32,000 nt of DNA, taken from NCBI GenBank assembly GCA_038823825.1, contig JAWBCC010000001.1, forward strand, positions 431,421 to 463,420. The letters are read 5' to 3'. The DNA is from Candidatus Hadarchaeales archaeon (lineage in GTDB: Archaea; Hadarchaeota; Hadarchaeia; Hadarchaeales; Hadarchaeaceae). Of the stretch, positions 1 to 8,251 are shown one piece after another; the first letter of the stretch is position 1, and each line of letters opens with the position of its first letter. The translations under genes were made by a program, and so were the position numbers. The notes beneath the pieces were generated by a model. The model was given only the letters and a program-made list of their open reading frames with translations, did no database searches and was not told the DNA's origin.

Positions 1-165
1 CTGTTTCGCGCATTCATACCCCTTCTTTAACATTCTTCTGTATTTCCCGTACGGATCGAGCGGAGAAAAACGTGGAGGATGGGGAGTCGATGTCTCTCCT
101 CCACATGCAGGACATCTCTCTCTCAAAGTGTATCTGCCACAAGATTTGCACCGTTTGATTTTCAC
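1..165 (-). CDS. nop10: H/ACA ribonucleoprotein complex subunit Nop10 (C-terminus cut off by the left window edge; GTG start)
   Basis: My manual minus-strand translation from GTG at 165 is open to position 1: VKIKRCKSCGRYTLRERCPACGGETSTPHPPRFSPLDPYGKYRRMLKKGYECAKQ. It has the Nop10 zinc ribbon and the HPPRFSPxDPYGxYRR signature. Not in the supplied ORF track. It starts 2 bp after the aIF2-alpha stop. Confidence 0.95.
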   Translation of the reverse strand, partial: MKIKRCKSCGRYTLRERCPACGGETSTPHPPRFSPLDPYGKYRRMLKKGYECAKQ

Positions 166-167
166 AT

Positions 168-956
168 TTATCCCCTTATAAACTCCCCATTCCCTCCCGC
201 CCTTTTTATAGCCTCTATCGCAACGTCTGCCGCCTGTTTCATCACAGCCTCGGCCGTTTTGTAAGATGGTGCAGTCACGTTTATCCTATAGCGCGGTGGA
301 CTTTCCACATATATCTCTATTTTTGCATCAGCAGTTGCAGAAGCTTTGGCAGCGAGCAAGGCGGCTCTTATTGCTTCCACACCATTTGGCCGGTGAGAAG
401 AAAGAACAAGCGTTCCAGAAATCTTGTAAAGGGGTGTTTCTATGTTTTCTTTGGCAATTTTCGCAAGTATCTTTATCCATTTTTTATTCTCAATCACGCC
501 GTCCAACGCATGCTCATCTTTTGCCAAGGCCTCGAATGCACCATATAGATCGCCAAATTTTTCCTGAAGCTTAAACCCAATTTCCTCATATGCCTCATCC
601 AAAGTTTTCTTCATCTTTTTTGCTGCAATTTCAAGGAGTTTTTCTGCTCTTTGCTCAAGCTTAATGCGCTCAATTTTCCATCTTTTTTCGCTTTCCTTTA
701 CCCTACGTAAGGATAGATCTATCGCTCCACGAACCGGGTCTACAGAAAGAACCCGGCATACGATTTTTTGTCCTTCTCTAACATGATCGCGGATGTTCTT
801 TATCCAACCTGAAGCCACCTCCGAGATGTGAATCATTCCTTCCTTCCCGCCATACTCATCCAAGGTTACATAAGCCGCTTGAGGAAAGACTTTCGTAACC
901 GTACAGAGAACCAACTCATCTAGAGAGGGCCACTCGGATCTCTTTCTCGGCATCAA
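168..956 (-). CDS. eif2a: Translation initiation factor aIF2 subunit alpha
   Basis: 262 aa ORF with an N-terminal S1 domain (GGKEGMIHISEVASGWIKNIRDHVREGQKIVCRVLSVDPVRGAIDLSLRRV) and eIF2-alpha C-terminal region; neighbours nop10 and rps27e. Confidence 0.96.
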   Translation of the reverse strand: MMPRKRSEWPSLDELVLCTVTKVFPQAAYVTLDEYGGKEGMIHISEVASGWIKNIRDHVREGQKIVCRVLSVDPVRGAIDLSLRRVKESEKRWKIERIKLEQRAEKLLEIAAKKMKKTLDEAYEEIGFKLQEKFGDLYGAFEALAKDEHALDGVIENKKWIKILAKIAKENIETPLYKISGTLVLSSHRPNGVEAIRAALLAAKASATADAKIEIYVESPPRYRINVTAPSYKTAEAVMKQAADVAIEAIKRAGGNGEFIRG

Positions 957-1135
957 CTCATCTCTCCGAGGATAACCCCCTTTATTTCGGCTTTTCCTCC
1001 TTTAGGAACAGCAAGAGTCTTCTCACATATTCGACATTTCACGATAGTGCTTGCGTGACTAAAAACCAATTGCTCGTTGCCGCATCCGGTACATCTGACG
1101 CGAAGAAAAGTTGCTTTCTTTTTCATCTCACTCAC
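953..1135 (-). CDS. rps27e: 30S ribosomal protein S27e
   Basis: 60 aa with a C4 zinc motif (FLRVRCTGCGNEQLVFSHASTIVKCRICEKTLAVPKGGKA). Confidence 0.95.
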   Translation of the reverse strand: MSEMKKKATFLRVRCTGCGNEQLVFSHASTIVKCRICEKTLAVPKGGKAEIKGVILGEMS

Positions 1136-1418
1136 CTATTTGGACTTTCTTCGCTCTGAAGCCGGTGCGGGGATGAGCCTTGCCACACTCAGAACACCTA
1201 AGAAGCCAAGCAAATTTCTTTGTTGTCTTGAAAAATTTTTTCTGTTCAGATCTCGGCTGGCTACCGTAACCCTTGCTTATTCTTTCGAATTGCCTCTGTC
1301 CCCAACTGAGAGACCTCGCCTTATGTTTCTTTGCCTGCGAAACCGTGTGCTCGGTATGTTTTTTACAGTGGGGACAATACGTCCGGATTTTTTTTGGAAG
1401 CTTCATCGTCTCTGTCAA
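1128..1418 (-). CDS. rpl44e: 50S ribosomal protein L44e
   Basis: 96 aa (MKLPKKIRTYCPHCKKHTEHTVSQAKK... LRCSECGKAHPRTGFRAKKVQIG). Confidence 0.95.
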   Translation of the reverse strand: MTETMKLPKKIRTYCPHCKKHTEHTVSQAKKHKARSLSWGQRQFERISKGYGSQPRSEQKKFFKTTKKFAWLLRCSECGKAHPRTGFRAKKVQIGE

Positions 1419-1457
1419 AATACTCGTTATCTACATAAAAGCCTGTTTTTCAAGATT

Positions 1458-2000
1458 TTACGACGGATGTATTTCCTCAGCGAACCTGTGTTTTATCACG
1501 AGCTCTGCGTTTTCCGCTGGCAAGTTTGCTATGTCTCCCGCGTCGAATGGTCCATAAATTTTCCCATCTACACCTACTATTTTTTGTGAAATCCCTAGGC
1601 GAAAAACAACTAACCTTCTCACACAGGCTCCCGGAATCTTTATCGTTATTTTTTCTTCCGAAACCAGCGATCTTCGTATTTCTGCGAGAAGTCGGTTCAC
1701 TTCTGAGAATTTTTCGCGTTCGATCTCAACCAAGTTCTGGGGAGCTCTTCCAGTTAGAATCAGAATAATTGCCTTTGTAGTTCTGACCGAAAACAAAAGC
1801 TCGGTCAGCCTAATCGCCTCTGAAAGCTGCCGCTCGGCCAATGCCTTTTCTAGCCCCCTCTTCTGCTGTATTTCCATTTTCAATTTTTCCAAAAGTTTAC
1901 AAACATCCTGCACGAACCCGTCCGCAAGCTTTTCCACATCTTTTGAATTCATCTCGCGTTTGCATATTTCCGCAAGTTCGTCTAATGTCAAATCCTTCAA
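1458..2000 (-). CDS. Archaeal GINS complex subunit (Gins51/Gins15-type)
   Basis: 180 aa with an N-terminal helical A-domain and a C-terminal B-domain-like segment (ITIKIPGACVRRLVVFRLGISQKIVGVDGKIYGPFDAGDIANLPAENAELVIKHRFAEEI); adjacent to primase. Confidence 0.85.
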   Translation of the reverse strand: MKDLTLDELAEICKREMNSKDVEKLADGFVQDVCKLLEKLKMEIQQKRGLEKALAERQLSEAIRLTELLFSVRTTKAIILILTGRAPQNLVEIEREKFSEVNRLLAEIRRSLVSEEKITIKIPGACVRRLVVFRLGISQKIVGVDGKIYGPFDAGDIANLPAENAELVIKHRFAEEIHPS

Positions 2001-2959
2001 TGTTCCACCTCCATCAGGAACTTCGGTACTGCATCGTCTGGATGAAACTTTTCAATGTTCTTTATGACCATACATTTTCTGCTCACACCTGAATGAAGGC
2101 TAGACGGCAGCCTGAGTATACGTTTTGTGTCCACCGTTACTTTGCCGTCAGTGAGCTGAAAATTCATTTTTGCGAGAAACTGGAGAAGTTTCTGAATGGT
2201 TCCAACTCCTATTTCTCCTGGTCTGAGAATTTCCTCTATTTGTCCTGCTTTTATTTTCTCAATGATTTTGCTTTTCTCTGCGAGAATTTTACTCAAAACC
2301 CTTCTCGATTTTATAGCATCTTTGAGTTCGTCCTCCCGAACTTTTTCCAGCATATACGCGATCCTTTTTCTGAATATCCTTGAATATCCGAAGGATATCG
2401 TCAAATCTGAAGGAATCACGCCTCCAACGATATAACTGACCATTTGATCACGTTCACTCGCACCCAAGAGCATTGCTGGCTCATCAGTTGTCCTCATGTG
2501 AAAACCTCTCCCAGAGTAAACAAAGTGTATATCCCGGAAGCCGAAATCCGATTTCAGAACATCCGAAAACTCGATTGCCAACTGCTTAGCTTCCATTATA
2601 CATTTCTCGCAGACCTCTCCTTTAGGACATCCGCAACTTTTTACAGGCAGGTCTTTTGCGTCTATGTCAAAAACCAATTCGGCTTTGATCCACCCCTCTC
2701 TTTGTTTCGGATTCTGATAGAGACAGACGCTCGAATACGCCGCATGAGGTGCTTTCGACTTCAGGAAATTTGCCAAGTCCTCGATCGTGAGAAACTGAAT
2801 ATACCTATAGTTTGGGCCTGTTCCATCCAAATCAAATCCAAATTCTCTCATGGAGAGAGTATGAAGAAGGAAATCTGGCAGATCCTCCTTTTTCCATTCC
2901 TCAGCGTAAAACCTACGCCTCTCCTCCGGTTTTGCCTCTCTCATTATCACGCACGCCAC
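1997..2959 (-). CDS. priS: DNA primase small (catalytic) subunit PriS
   Basis: 320 aa with the VFDIDAKDL catalytic motif, CGCPKGEVCEKC zinc motif and FVYSGRGFHMR. The start may be MREAKPEERRRFY at about 2944. Confidence 0.95.
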   Translation of the reverse strand: MACVIMREAKPEERRRFYAEEWKKEDLPDFLLHTLSMREFGFDLDGTGPNYRYIQFLTIEDLANFLKSKAPHAAYSSVCLYQNPKQREGWIKAELVFDIDAKDLPVKSCGCPKGEVCEKCIMEAKQLAIEFSDVLKSDFGFRDIHFVYSGRGFHMRTTDEPAMLLGASERDQMVSYIVGGVIPSDLTISFGYSRIFRKRIAYMLEKVREDELKDAIKSRRVLSKILAEKSKIIEKIKAGQIEEILRPGEIGVGTIQKLLQFLAKMNFQLTDGKVTVDTKRILRLPSSLHSGVSRKCMVIKNIEKFHPDDAVPKFLMEVEH

Positions 2960-4205
2960 CTCTGAACTTCTCCCTCTTCTTCAGAAAGTAATACGTGAGC
3001 GGATTCTTCACGTTTTTGCACATATCATCCGGTTTACAGAGCAGTGGAGCCGAGGACCTTATCTTGGAACAATTTGGAACCATATACCATTTTGATCTCC
3101 CGGAATCCTCGATTTTCGGCTCGGTCGTCATCCCAAAGCCAAGATGATAGAAAATATTTGCTTTCTCCTGCGGTTGATCTTGGAAGAGGGGCGGGTTACA
3201 ACGATTCGCCGCCTCTACTATGAGCGGGACGATTTCTTGAGTAACTATCGATATGTCTTTCACGAAATCAGATATCTTGTTTGAAGCCTTACCAGACGGC
3301 GCAATTCTTGCATATGAAAGAAACGATGTGAGAAGCATGACGACTCCAAAGTTTCTCAAGCCGTGACTCACACCATTCATGACGGCTGAGACACAGGGAG
3401 GAAAACAGTCGGGTAAAAGTTTACCCGCCATGCGTCTGGTGTCGACCGCAATAGCTGGCGCCCTTGGCACCATCTTGGATATCCGTTCACCAACTGTGAG
3501 CAAGAGGGGATGCGGCTCTCCACCCTCCTGTAATTTTTCAAATACTTCCTGGATGTATCGCTCTGTTTTGACATACATAAGCTCCGAATAGAGGTCCCAC
3601 AAATCACGAAGAGAAACTATTGCCCAGCCACTGACCATGTGAAGATCTGTAACTTGTAACCTCCCATGAGCAATAAGGGGAGAAAGATCATGCCATCTAA
3701 CAGCCAAAGACGGCATATACTGGGGAAGAAGATGATCATCCACCTCCTTCAGCCCATCCTTCTTTAAGCGCAAATCTCGTATCTTCCTAAGGTCGTTTTC
3801 ATCAAAATTCATGCCAAGAGCTTTGGAGAGTTCTTGAAGTGTCAGATTTTTTATCTGCCCACTGATTGCTTTGAGACAGAAGTCTCCCTCTCCTTTTCTG
3901 AATAAGTTGTAAAGCCTGTACCTTATTGTGTCTCTCGTCTTTTCTGCCACAAACTGAACTTCCCTAGAATAAGGCATAGACACAGAAGCAGTTGCCTGCA
4001 TCGCCAGATAGAATGAGAGTATTTCGTTCTCAACAGCTCTCTCATTTGGTTCAACGATACATTCACTCGTCTTCCATTTCAAGCGATCTACTGCAAGTTC
4101 TATGATTTCCTGAGGCATAGAATCCAAGGGGGGTGCTTTAGCTACTATTTTCTTCGCTTCTTCGCCGAATGGGTCCAGCACTGGAAGGTAGAAATCTGAC
4201 AGCAT
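2913..4205 (-). CDS. priL: DNA primase large subunit PriL
   Basis: 430 aa; C-terminal cysteines consistent with the Fe-S domain (DCFPPCVSAV, VPNCSKIRS, LLCKPDDMCKNVKNPLTYYFLKKREK). Confidence 0.93.
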   Translation of the reverse strand: MLSDFYLPVLDPFGEEAKKIVAKAPPLDSMPQEIIELAVDRLKWKTSECIVEPNERAVENEILSFYLAMQATASVSMPYSREVQFVAEKTRDTIRYRLYNLFRKGEGDFCLKAISGQIKNLTLQELSKALGMNFDENDLRKIRDLRLKKDGLKEVDDHLLPQYMPSLAVRWHDLSPLIAHGRLQVTDLHMVSGWAIVSLRDLWDLYSELMYVKTERYIQEVFEKLQEGGEPHPLLLTVGERISKMVPRAPAIAVDTRRMAGKLLPDCFPPCVSAVMNGVSHGLRNFGVVMLLTSFLSYARIAPSGKASNKISDFVKDISIVTQEIVPLIVEAANRCNPPLFQDQPQEKANIFYHLGFGMTTEPKIEDSGRSKWYMVPNCSKIRSSAPLLCKPDDMCKNVKNPLTYYFLKKREKFRGGVRDNERGKTGGEA

Positions 4206-4233
4206 CCGAATTCCATTTGGTGGAGCTGATTAA

Positions 4234-4980
4234 TTAAGCCTCAATTAGCGGGGCTAGGAAGAACCTCAGTTTTCCCTTTTCGAGTTTCATCTCCATCTCT
4301 AGCGGAAGATCGGTGCCAAGTTTCAAAATGATTTCATCCGAAGAAGACGCTCCTTTTACCATCTTCAGAAGATATTCTAGTTCGAACTTCGCACTCGTGT
4401 TTTGCTTCACATCAAGTTTTGTAAGTGCCGCGTCTCCCTCTTTCAATCTCAATTCCGAAGAGCCTTTCTTACCCTCAGCCGAAATAACAAACTCGCCTTT
4501 CTTTGCCATAATGAGAACGCTTTCGGACACCATTTCAGCGTCCTTTAGACCATCTATAAGCACTTCTGCCGTAAGCCCAACTTCTGCCGTGAATTGTATT
4601 TTTGGCTCCGATACCTCTTCTTCTTCAACATTGATTATTGGAATTCCGAGTTTTCTCGTAGAAGCCCCGCGGAAAGTTAAAAGGAGTCTGCTCCCATCTT
4701 CAGAAATCTCCAATGTTAACTCTTCCCCGCTCTTCATTCTACTCAAAGCTTTCTCGAAGTCGACGAGATTTACACCGATTATCATTTCATCTGTGACATC
4801 GTATTCGTCAAATGCATCAGCTGGAAGCTCGAAATCTACCATCGCTATTCTCGAGGGATCCAACGCCCGCATACTAACACCTTTTGGTGTAAACCTGAAA
4901 GCTGATTCCTCAATCAACTCTACTATCGATCCGATGGCATTTTTCAAAATCTTCGGTTCAGCCATTCGCATCTTTACCAT
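4234..4980 (-). CDS. pcn: DNA polymerase sliding clamp (PCNA)
   Basis: 248 aa; classic PCNA text (GVSMRALDPSRIAMVDFELPADAFDEYDVTDEMIIGVNLVDFEKALSR ... LGTDLPLEMEMKLEKGKLRFFLAPLIE). Confidence 0.97.
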   Translation of the reverse strand: MVKMRMAEPKILKNAIGSIVELIEESAFRFTPKGVSMRALDPSRIAMVDFELPADAFDEYDVTDEMIIGVNLVDFEKALSRMKSGEELTLEISEDGSRLLLTFRGASTRKLGIPIINVEEEEVSEPKIQFTAEVGLTAEVLIDGLKDAEMVSESVLIMAKKGEFVISAEGKKGSSELRLKEGDAALTKLDVKQNTSAKFELEYLLKMVKGASSSDEIILKLGTDLPLEMEMKLEKGKLRFFLAPLIEA

Positions 4981-5348
4981 TCAAGTCCCTCCTCAAACCT
5001 AGAAATTTCTTGCCGAACTTCTCTATAAAGCTGTACGTTCAGGCCGTCCATCTTCTGAATTATGTCGATTTGAAGTTTTGTCTCCCCCATACCGACTGGG
5101 AAACCGAACACTCTGATAACAGAGCCAGGGCGGATGTCCTGCAAAAGGATGGGATCTTTTACAAAACAAGAAATTTGTCCGGTTTCGTCTGCTATTACTA
5201 AATCCACTTCACCTGTCTCGACCACCGTGCCTAAAACCCTCACTCGACCATCTGTTGATGAAATTTCCGAAATCCTCTTCTCTTTATAAGGCGAGCGTAC
5301 AAACATGTTCATACGTATTCTCTCCAGACTTTTCCACACTTCACACAT
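4974..5348 (-). CDS. Single OB-fold nucleic-acid-binding (RPA-like) protein
   Basis: 124 aa: KRISEISSTDGRVRVLGTVVETGEVDLVIADETGQISCFVKDPILLQDIRPGSVIRVFGFPVGMGETKLQIDIIQKMDGL, OB-fold pattern, between TFS and PCNA. The true start is probably MNMFVRS or later, because the listed start overlaps TFS. Confidence 0.75.
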   Translation of the reverse strand: MCEVWKSLERIRMNMFVRSPYKEKRISEISSTDGRVRVLGTVVETGEVDLVIADETGQISCFVKDPILLQDIRPGSVIRVFGFPVGMGETKLQIDIIQKMDGLNVQLYREVRQEISRFEEGLEW

Positions 5349-5623
5349 TTATAAAACCTGGTGGATGGCTCGTCCGCGGCCCTTGTCTGTCTTATCCACC
5401 AGTAAGCTCTATCTGCGCCACAGTTCGGGCAAATCACGTGGGTTGTTGGAGCTAGTTCCCCTCTTTTTTCTACGACTATAACGTCCGCTTCCTTTGTGGA
5501 AATTTTTCGCTTATCTTCCTGACTAGCCTGCTCCCGATATCCGCAGGAGTTGCAGACCAACATGAGTCTCCTGCCGATCTCTTGAGGTAGCATCACTCCC
5601 CCACAGCGTTTACACTTCTGCAT
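5309..5623 (-). CDS. tfs: Transcription factor S (TFIIS/RPB9-like)
   Basis: 104 aa; two zinc ribbons (CKRCGG...CNSCGY; CPNCGADRAYWWIRQTRAADEPSTRFYKCVKCGKVWREY). Confidence 0.95.
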   Translation of the reverse strand: MQKCKRCGGVMLPQEIGRRLMLVCNSCGYREQASQEDKRKISTKEADVIVVEKRGELAPTTHVICPNCGADRAYWWIRQTRAADEPSTRFYKCVKCGKVWREYV

Positions 5624-6048
5624 TATTTTCTATTCAGACCGGCGTCAATTAAAATCTTAGCGTGGTCAAAAGCAAGTCTTTTCCACGGAATCTTCTTAAA
5701 AATTCGGACTTCGGCGGCATCTGAACCAGCGCGCATCTTTCCACTAACTACCTTTGCCAGGAAGCATATGCTTACGACATGCCCACGAGGATCGCGAGAC
5801 GGATCAGAATACACTCCAAGTAGTTTCTCTATTTCAACTTCAAGCCCAGTTTCCTCTTTAACTTCTCTGGTTAGCGCCTCCTCCACCTTTTCCCCATATT
5901 TGACAAAACCTCCCGGAAGCGCCCATTTCCCTCGAAAAGGAGGATTCTTCCTCCTCACCAAAACAATGCCATTCTTCGCTTTTATCACGGCGTCCACGGC
6001 TAATCTAGGCGAGGTCATTATCTTCCCTGTACAATTATGGAAGGCCAT
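5623..6048 (-). CDS. Nudix hydrolase
   Basis: Nudix box GGFVKYGEKVEEALTREVKEETGLEVEIE. The true start is probably MTSPRLAVDAVIKAKNG. Confidence 0.93.
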   Translation of the reverse strand: MAFHNCTGKIMTSPRLAVDAVIKAKNGIVLVRRKNPPFRGKWALPGGFVKYGEKVEEALTREVKEETGLEVEIEKLLGVYSDPSRDPRGHVVSICFLAKVVSGKMRAGSDAAEVRIFKKIPWKRLAFDHAKILIDAGLNRK

Positions 6049-6605
6049 CCTAGTTTTGGAACCACATAAACAACTTTACCGATGATATCTTCTGGTTGTA
6101 TCTCTCGCTCTTGCGGAAGGGGAAATGGGTTGTGATCCCCTTTGGTTATCAGCCTTATCTCTCCGTCTTTCTGCCAGATTGCGAGAACCCGGTGAGTCAT
6201 GGGGAGCCCACCATTTTTACCCCTCATTACTATCACATCACCGACAGAGATTTCGGATATGGAAGAGACTCCTTTAACAATTATCAGATCTCCTCTTTGA
6301 AAACCTTCCTTAACCGGAAACTTGGAAGTATCGTAAGTACGTAAAACATCCTCCGTAAGAGGTATACCATATTTACTGAGGAGCCACCTTCTTTCTTCTC
6401 GATTCTCGAAGTAAACCCTCCAATTAGGATTATCCTTATGACTCATGCTATCTGAAACCACAGACATCCAGAAAGATGTGGTTCCAGCGGCTAAGGTTGC
6501 GAAGGAAACCATAAAGCTGTATACCAGTAGGAGAGAAAGAACAGTTCCGAGAAGATTTTTAATTTTAGAGCTTCTCTTACGTTTATGGCCCGCCATGACT
6601 TTCAC
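6018..6605 (-). CDS. Archaeal/ER-type signal peptidase I (S26B, Sec11-like)
   Basis: N-terminal TM, then SVVSDSMSHKDNPNW (Ser motif) and MTHRVLAIWQKDGEIRLITKGDHNPFPLPQ. Confidence 0.88.
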   Translation of the reverse strand: MKVMAGHKRKRSSKIKNLLGTVLSLLLVYSFMVSFATLAAGTTSFWMSVVSDSMSHKDNPNWRVYFENREERRWLLSKYGIPLTEDVLRTYDTSKFPVKEGFQRGDLIIVKGVSSISEISVGDVIVMRGKNGGLPMTHRVLAIWQKDGEIRLITKGDHNPFPLPQEREIQPEDIIGKVVYVVPKLGWPSIIVQGR

Positions 6606-7185
6606 CTTTTACCATTGCAGTTGCAATCATATGTGCAAGCCTCACCGGTTCAGGTATCGAACTTCTCACACAACTCATTCTTACTATCTTTTCAGCTTCT
6701 CTGAGATTTATCCCAATCGGTTGAATATAAAGGGGCGGCCCCCTTGCTTTCGGACGCATCTCATAAATTTTGCCCGTTTTCTTTATCAACTGCCATCTTT
6801 CTTTCCAACCTGACAAGTTCTTTAGTGCTGTCCTCATTTCACGCATATTTGGTCTTTTCCTTGAAATTACTATGAACGGAAGACCTAGCTCATCGGAGGC
6901 TCTGTGAACATCCAACACGTTGAAACCCGCAAAAGTTATCCCATCCGTCAAAATTACACGAAGCTGCCCTTTATGACGACTTTTGGAAACCATCTCAATC
7001 AATTTGTCAGTAACATCCATCCCATCTTTTTCTATCTCTGTTTTGAGCACACCATCAACGGACGTTCCCCCTCGGCAAACTACTCCAACAAGTAATACGG
7101 CTACGGATGTGCTCGGACCATCATCCACTCCGAGCATCCTTATTTCAGGCTTAACATGAAAAGATGCTTGAGGTTTGGTTGACAT
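6583..7185 (-). CDS. DUF99 family protein (endonuclease V-related superfamily)
   Basis: FHVKPEIRMLGVDDGPSTSVAVLLVGVVCRGGTSVDGVL ... VILTDGITFAGFNVLDVHRASDELGLPFIVISRKRP, typical DUF99 text. Confidence 0.88.
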   Translation of the reverse strand: MSTKPQASFHVKPEIRMLGVDDGPSTSVAVLLVGVVCRGGTSVDGVLKTEIEKDGMDVTDKLIEMVSKSRHKGQLRVILTDGITFAGFNVLDVHRASDELGLPFIVISRKRPNMREMRTALKNLSGWKERWQLIKKTGKIYEMRPKARGPPLYIQPIGINLREAEKIVRMSCVRSSIPEPVRLAHMIATAMVKGESHGGP

Positions 7186-7464
7186 TCACTTTAACGCCTT
7201 TTTAAACTTTTCCTCGAACTCGTCTATCTGCCTCTGAATTCTGGCAATCGCGTCCTTTATCGCCTTTTCCGGAGTTTTTCCCGAGGTTTGTATGTAAAAA
7301 GTTATCGTTTTTGTAAGAGGATGATCTTCTCTGTAGGCAGCGAATACAACATCTTCGTCACTGTGAAGCTCGGAGCATAGAAGATTCATAATAGTGTGGT
7401 CCGTCCCCGTTACCTTTAGAACTCTTTTCTTTTCCTCTTTCTCGACTACCTCTACTTCCATCAT
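7186..7464 (-). CDS. rpoL: DNA-directed RNA polymerase subunit L (Rpo11)
   Basis: 92 aa with GTDHTIMNLLCSELHSDEDVVFAAYREDHPLTKTITFYIQTSGKTPEKAIKDAI. Confidence 0.95.
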   Translation of the reverse strand: MMEVEVVEKEEKKRVLKVTGTDHTIMNLLCSELHSDEDVVFAAYREDHPLTKTITFYIQTSGKTPEKAIKDAIARIQRQIDEFEEKFKKALK

Positions 7465-7656
7465 TCATAACCTCCTTGCAATCTCTCTAATTTTCCTTAT
7501 CGTACTTTTAATCTCTTCCTCATCACCATAGATGTAAATATTTACCGCGCATCCTGAGCCTTCTGCGTCCATGTTGGCACTTATTTCACCGAGAGCTTCC
7601 ATAAGCTTCATTAGGGAAGAAGCATTTGATACTTTTATCCGGATTTTTTTCTTCAA
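7465..7656 (-). CDS. Small conserved-looking protein of unknown function between rpoL and csl4
   Basis: 63 aa; abuts rpoL with 0 bp spacing and overlaps the csl4 stop region on the same strand, consistent with translational coupling. Confidence 0.7.
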   Translation of the reverse strand: MKKKIRIKVSNASSLMKLMEALGEISANMDAEGSGCAVNIYIYGDEEEIKSTIRKIREIARRL

Positions 7657-8237
7657 GGTGTCCCCCGCCTATAGTCCGTAGAGAGTTTTCTTGTTTCAGT
7701 ACTTCCGCAAGTCCTGCATTTCAGTTTGTTGTCCTCCTTTTCAAGAGGTTGGCGACATTTGGAACAGAGAGCATATATCACACCCAGGGCTCTATCTATC
7801 GTTGTGAGGTGAACACATTCTGGCCGGACCTCGATTACTTTTGCTTTTATTATGTCTCCAGCTTTAAACATCGCTCCTAAATCACGCACGAATCCGCGCT
7901 GAACTTTGGAGATATGAAGAATACCGATTCTCGGAGGTGGGAGCTCCCTATCCTCCTTACCGATCATGTTCATGAGCAGGACGGTGGCAAACTGATCTCT
8001 TACTTCTTCGACACGCCCTATGACCAAATCTCCCGGTTTTAGAATTGGGAGAGTCTTGGTCCTAGCAAAAACTGAAACTTTTCTTGTTCGAATATCAAGG
8101 AGAACTATTCCAATGGATGAAGAGTAGACTTTTCCTTTTTCTTCATATGTTCCTTCGCCTGGAAGAAATTCCTCGGGCGTGGCAAGGAAATCGCCCGGAA
8201 GCACGAAATCTCCAGTCTTTACTTCAACCATTTTCAA
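7653..8237 (-). CDS. csl4: Exosome complex RNA-binding protein Csl4
   Basis: 194 aa; VKTGDFVLPGDFLATPEEFLPGEGTYEEKGKVYSS N-domain, S1 domain, C-terminal zinc ribbon CSKCRQPLEKEDNKLKCRTCGS. Confidence 0.93.
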   Translation of the reverse strand: MKMVEVKTGDFVLPGDFLATPEEFLPGEGTYEEKGKVYSSSIGIVLLDIRTRKVSVFARTKTLPILKPGDLVIGRVEEVRDQFATVLLMNMIGKEDRELPPPRIGILHISKVQRGFVRDLGAMFKAGDIIKAKVIEVRPECVHLTTIDRALGVIYALCSKCRQPLEKEDNKLKCRTCGSTETRKLSTDYRRGTP

Positions 8238-8251
8238 TCCCCTTCTTTGAT

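Noticed and set aside
1077-1589. 170-aa plus-strand ORF (and the many other plus-strand ORFs over 79-5455)
   Set aside because: Antisense to confident rps27e/rpl44e/GINS/primase/PCNA genes; composition is not protein-like and no domain is recognised. Treated as ORF-calling shadow.
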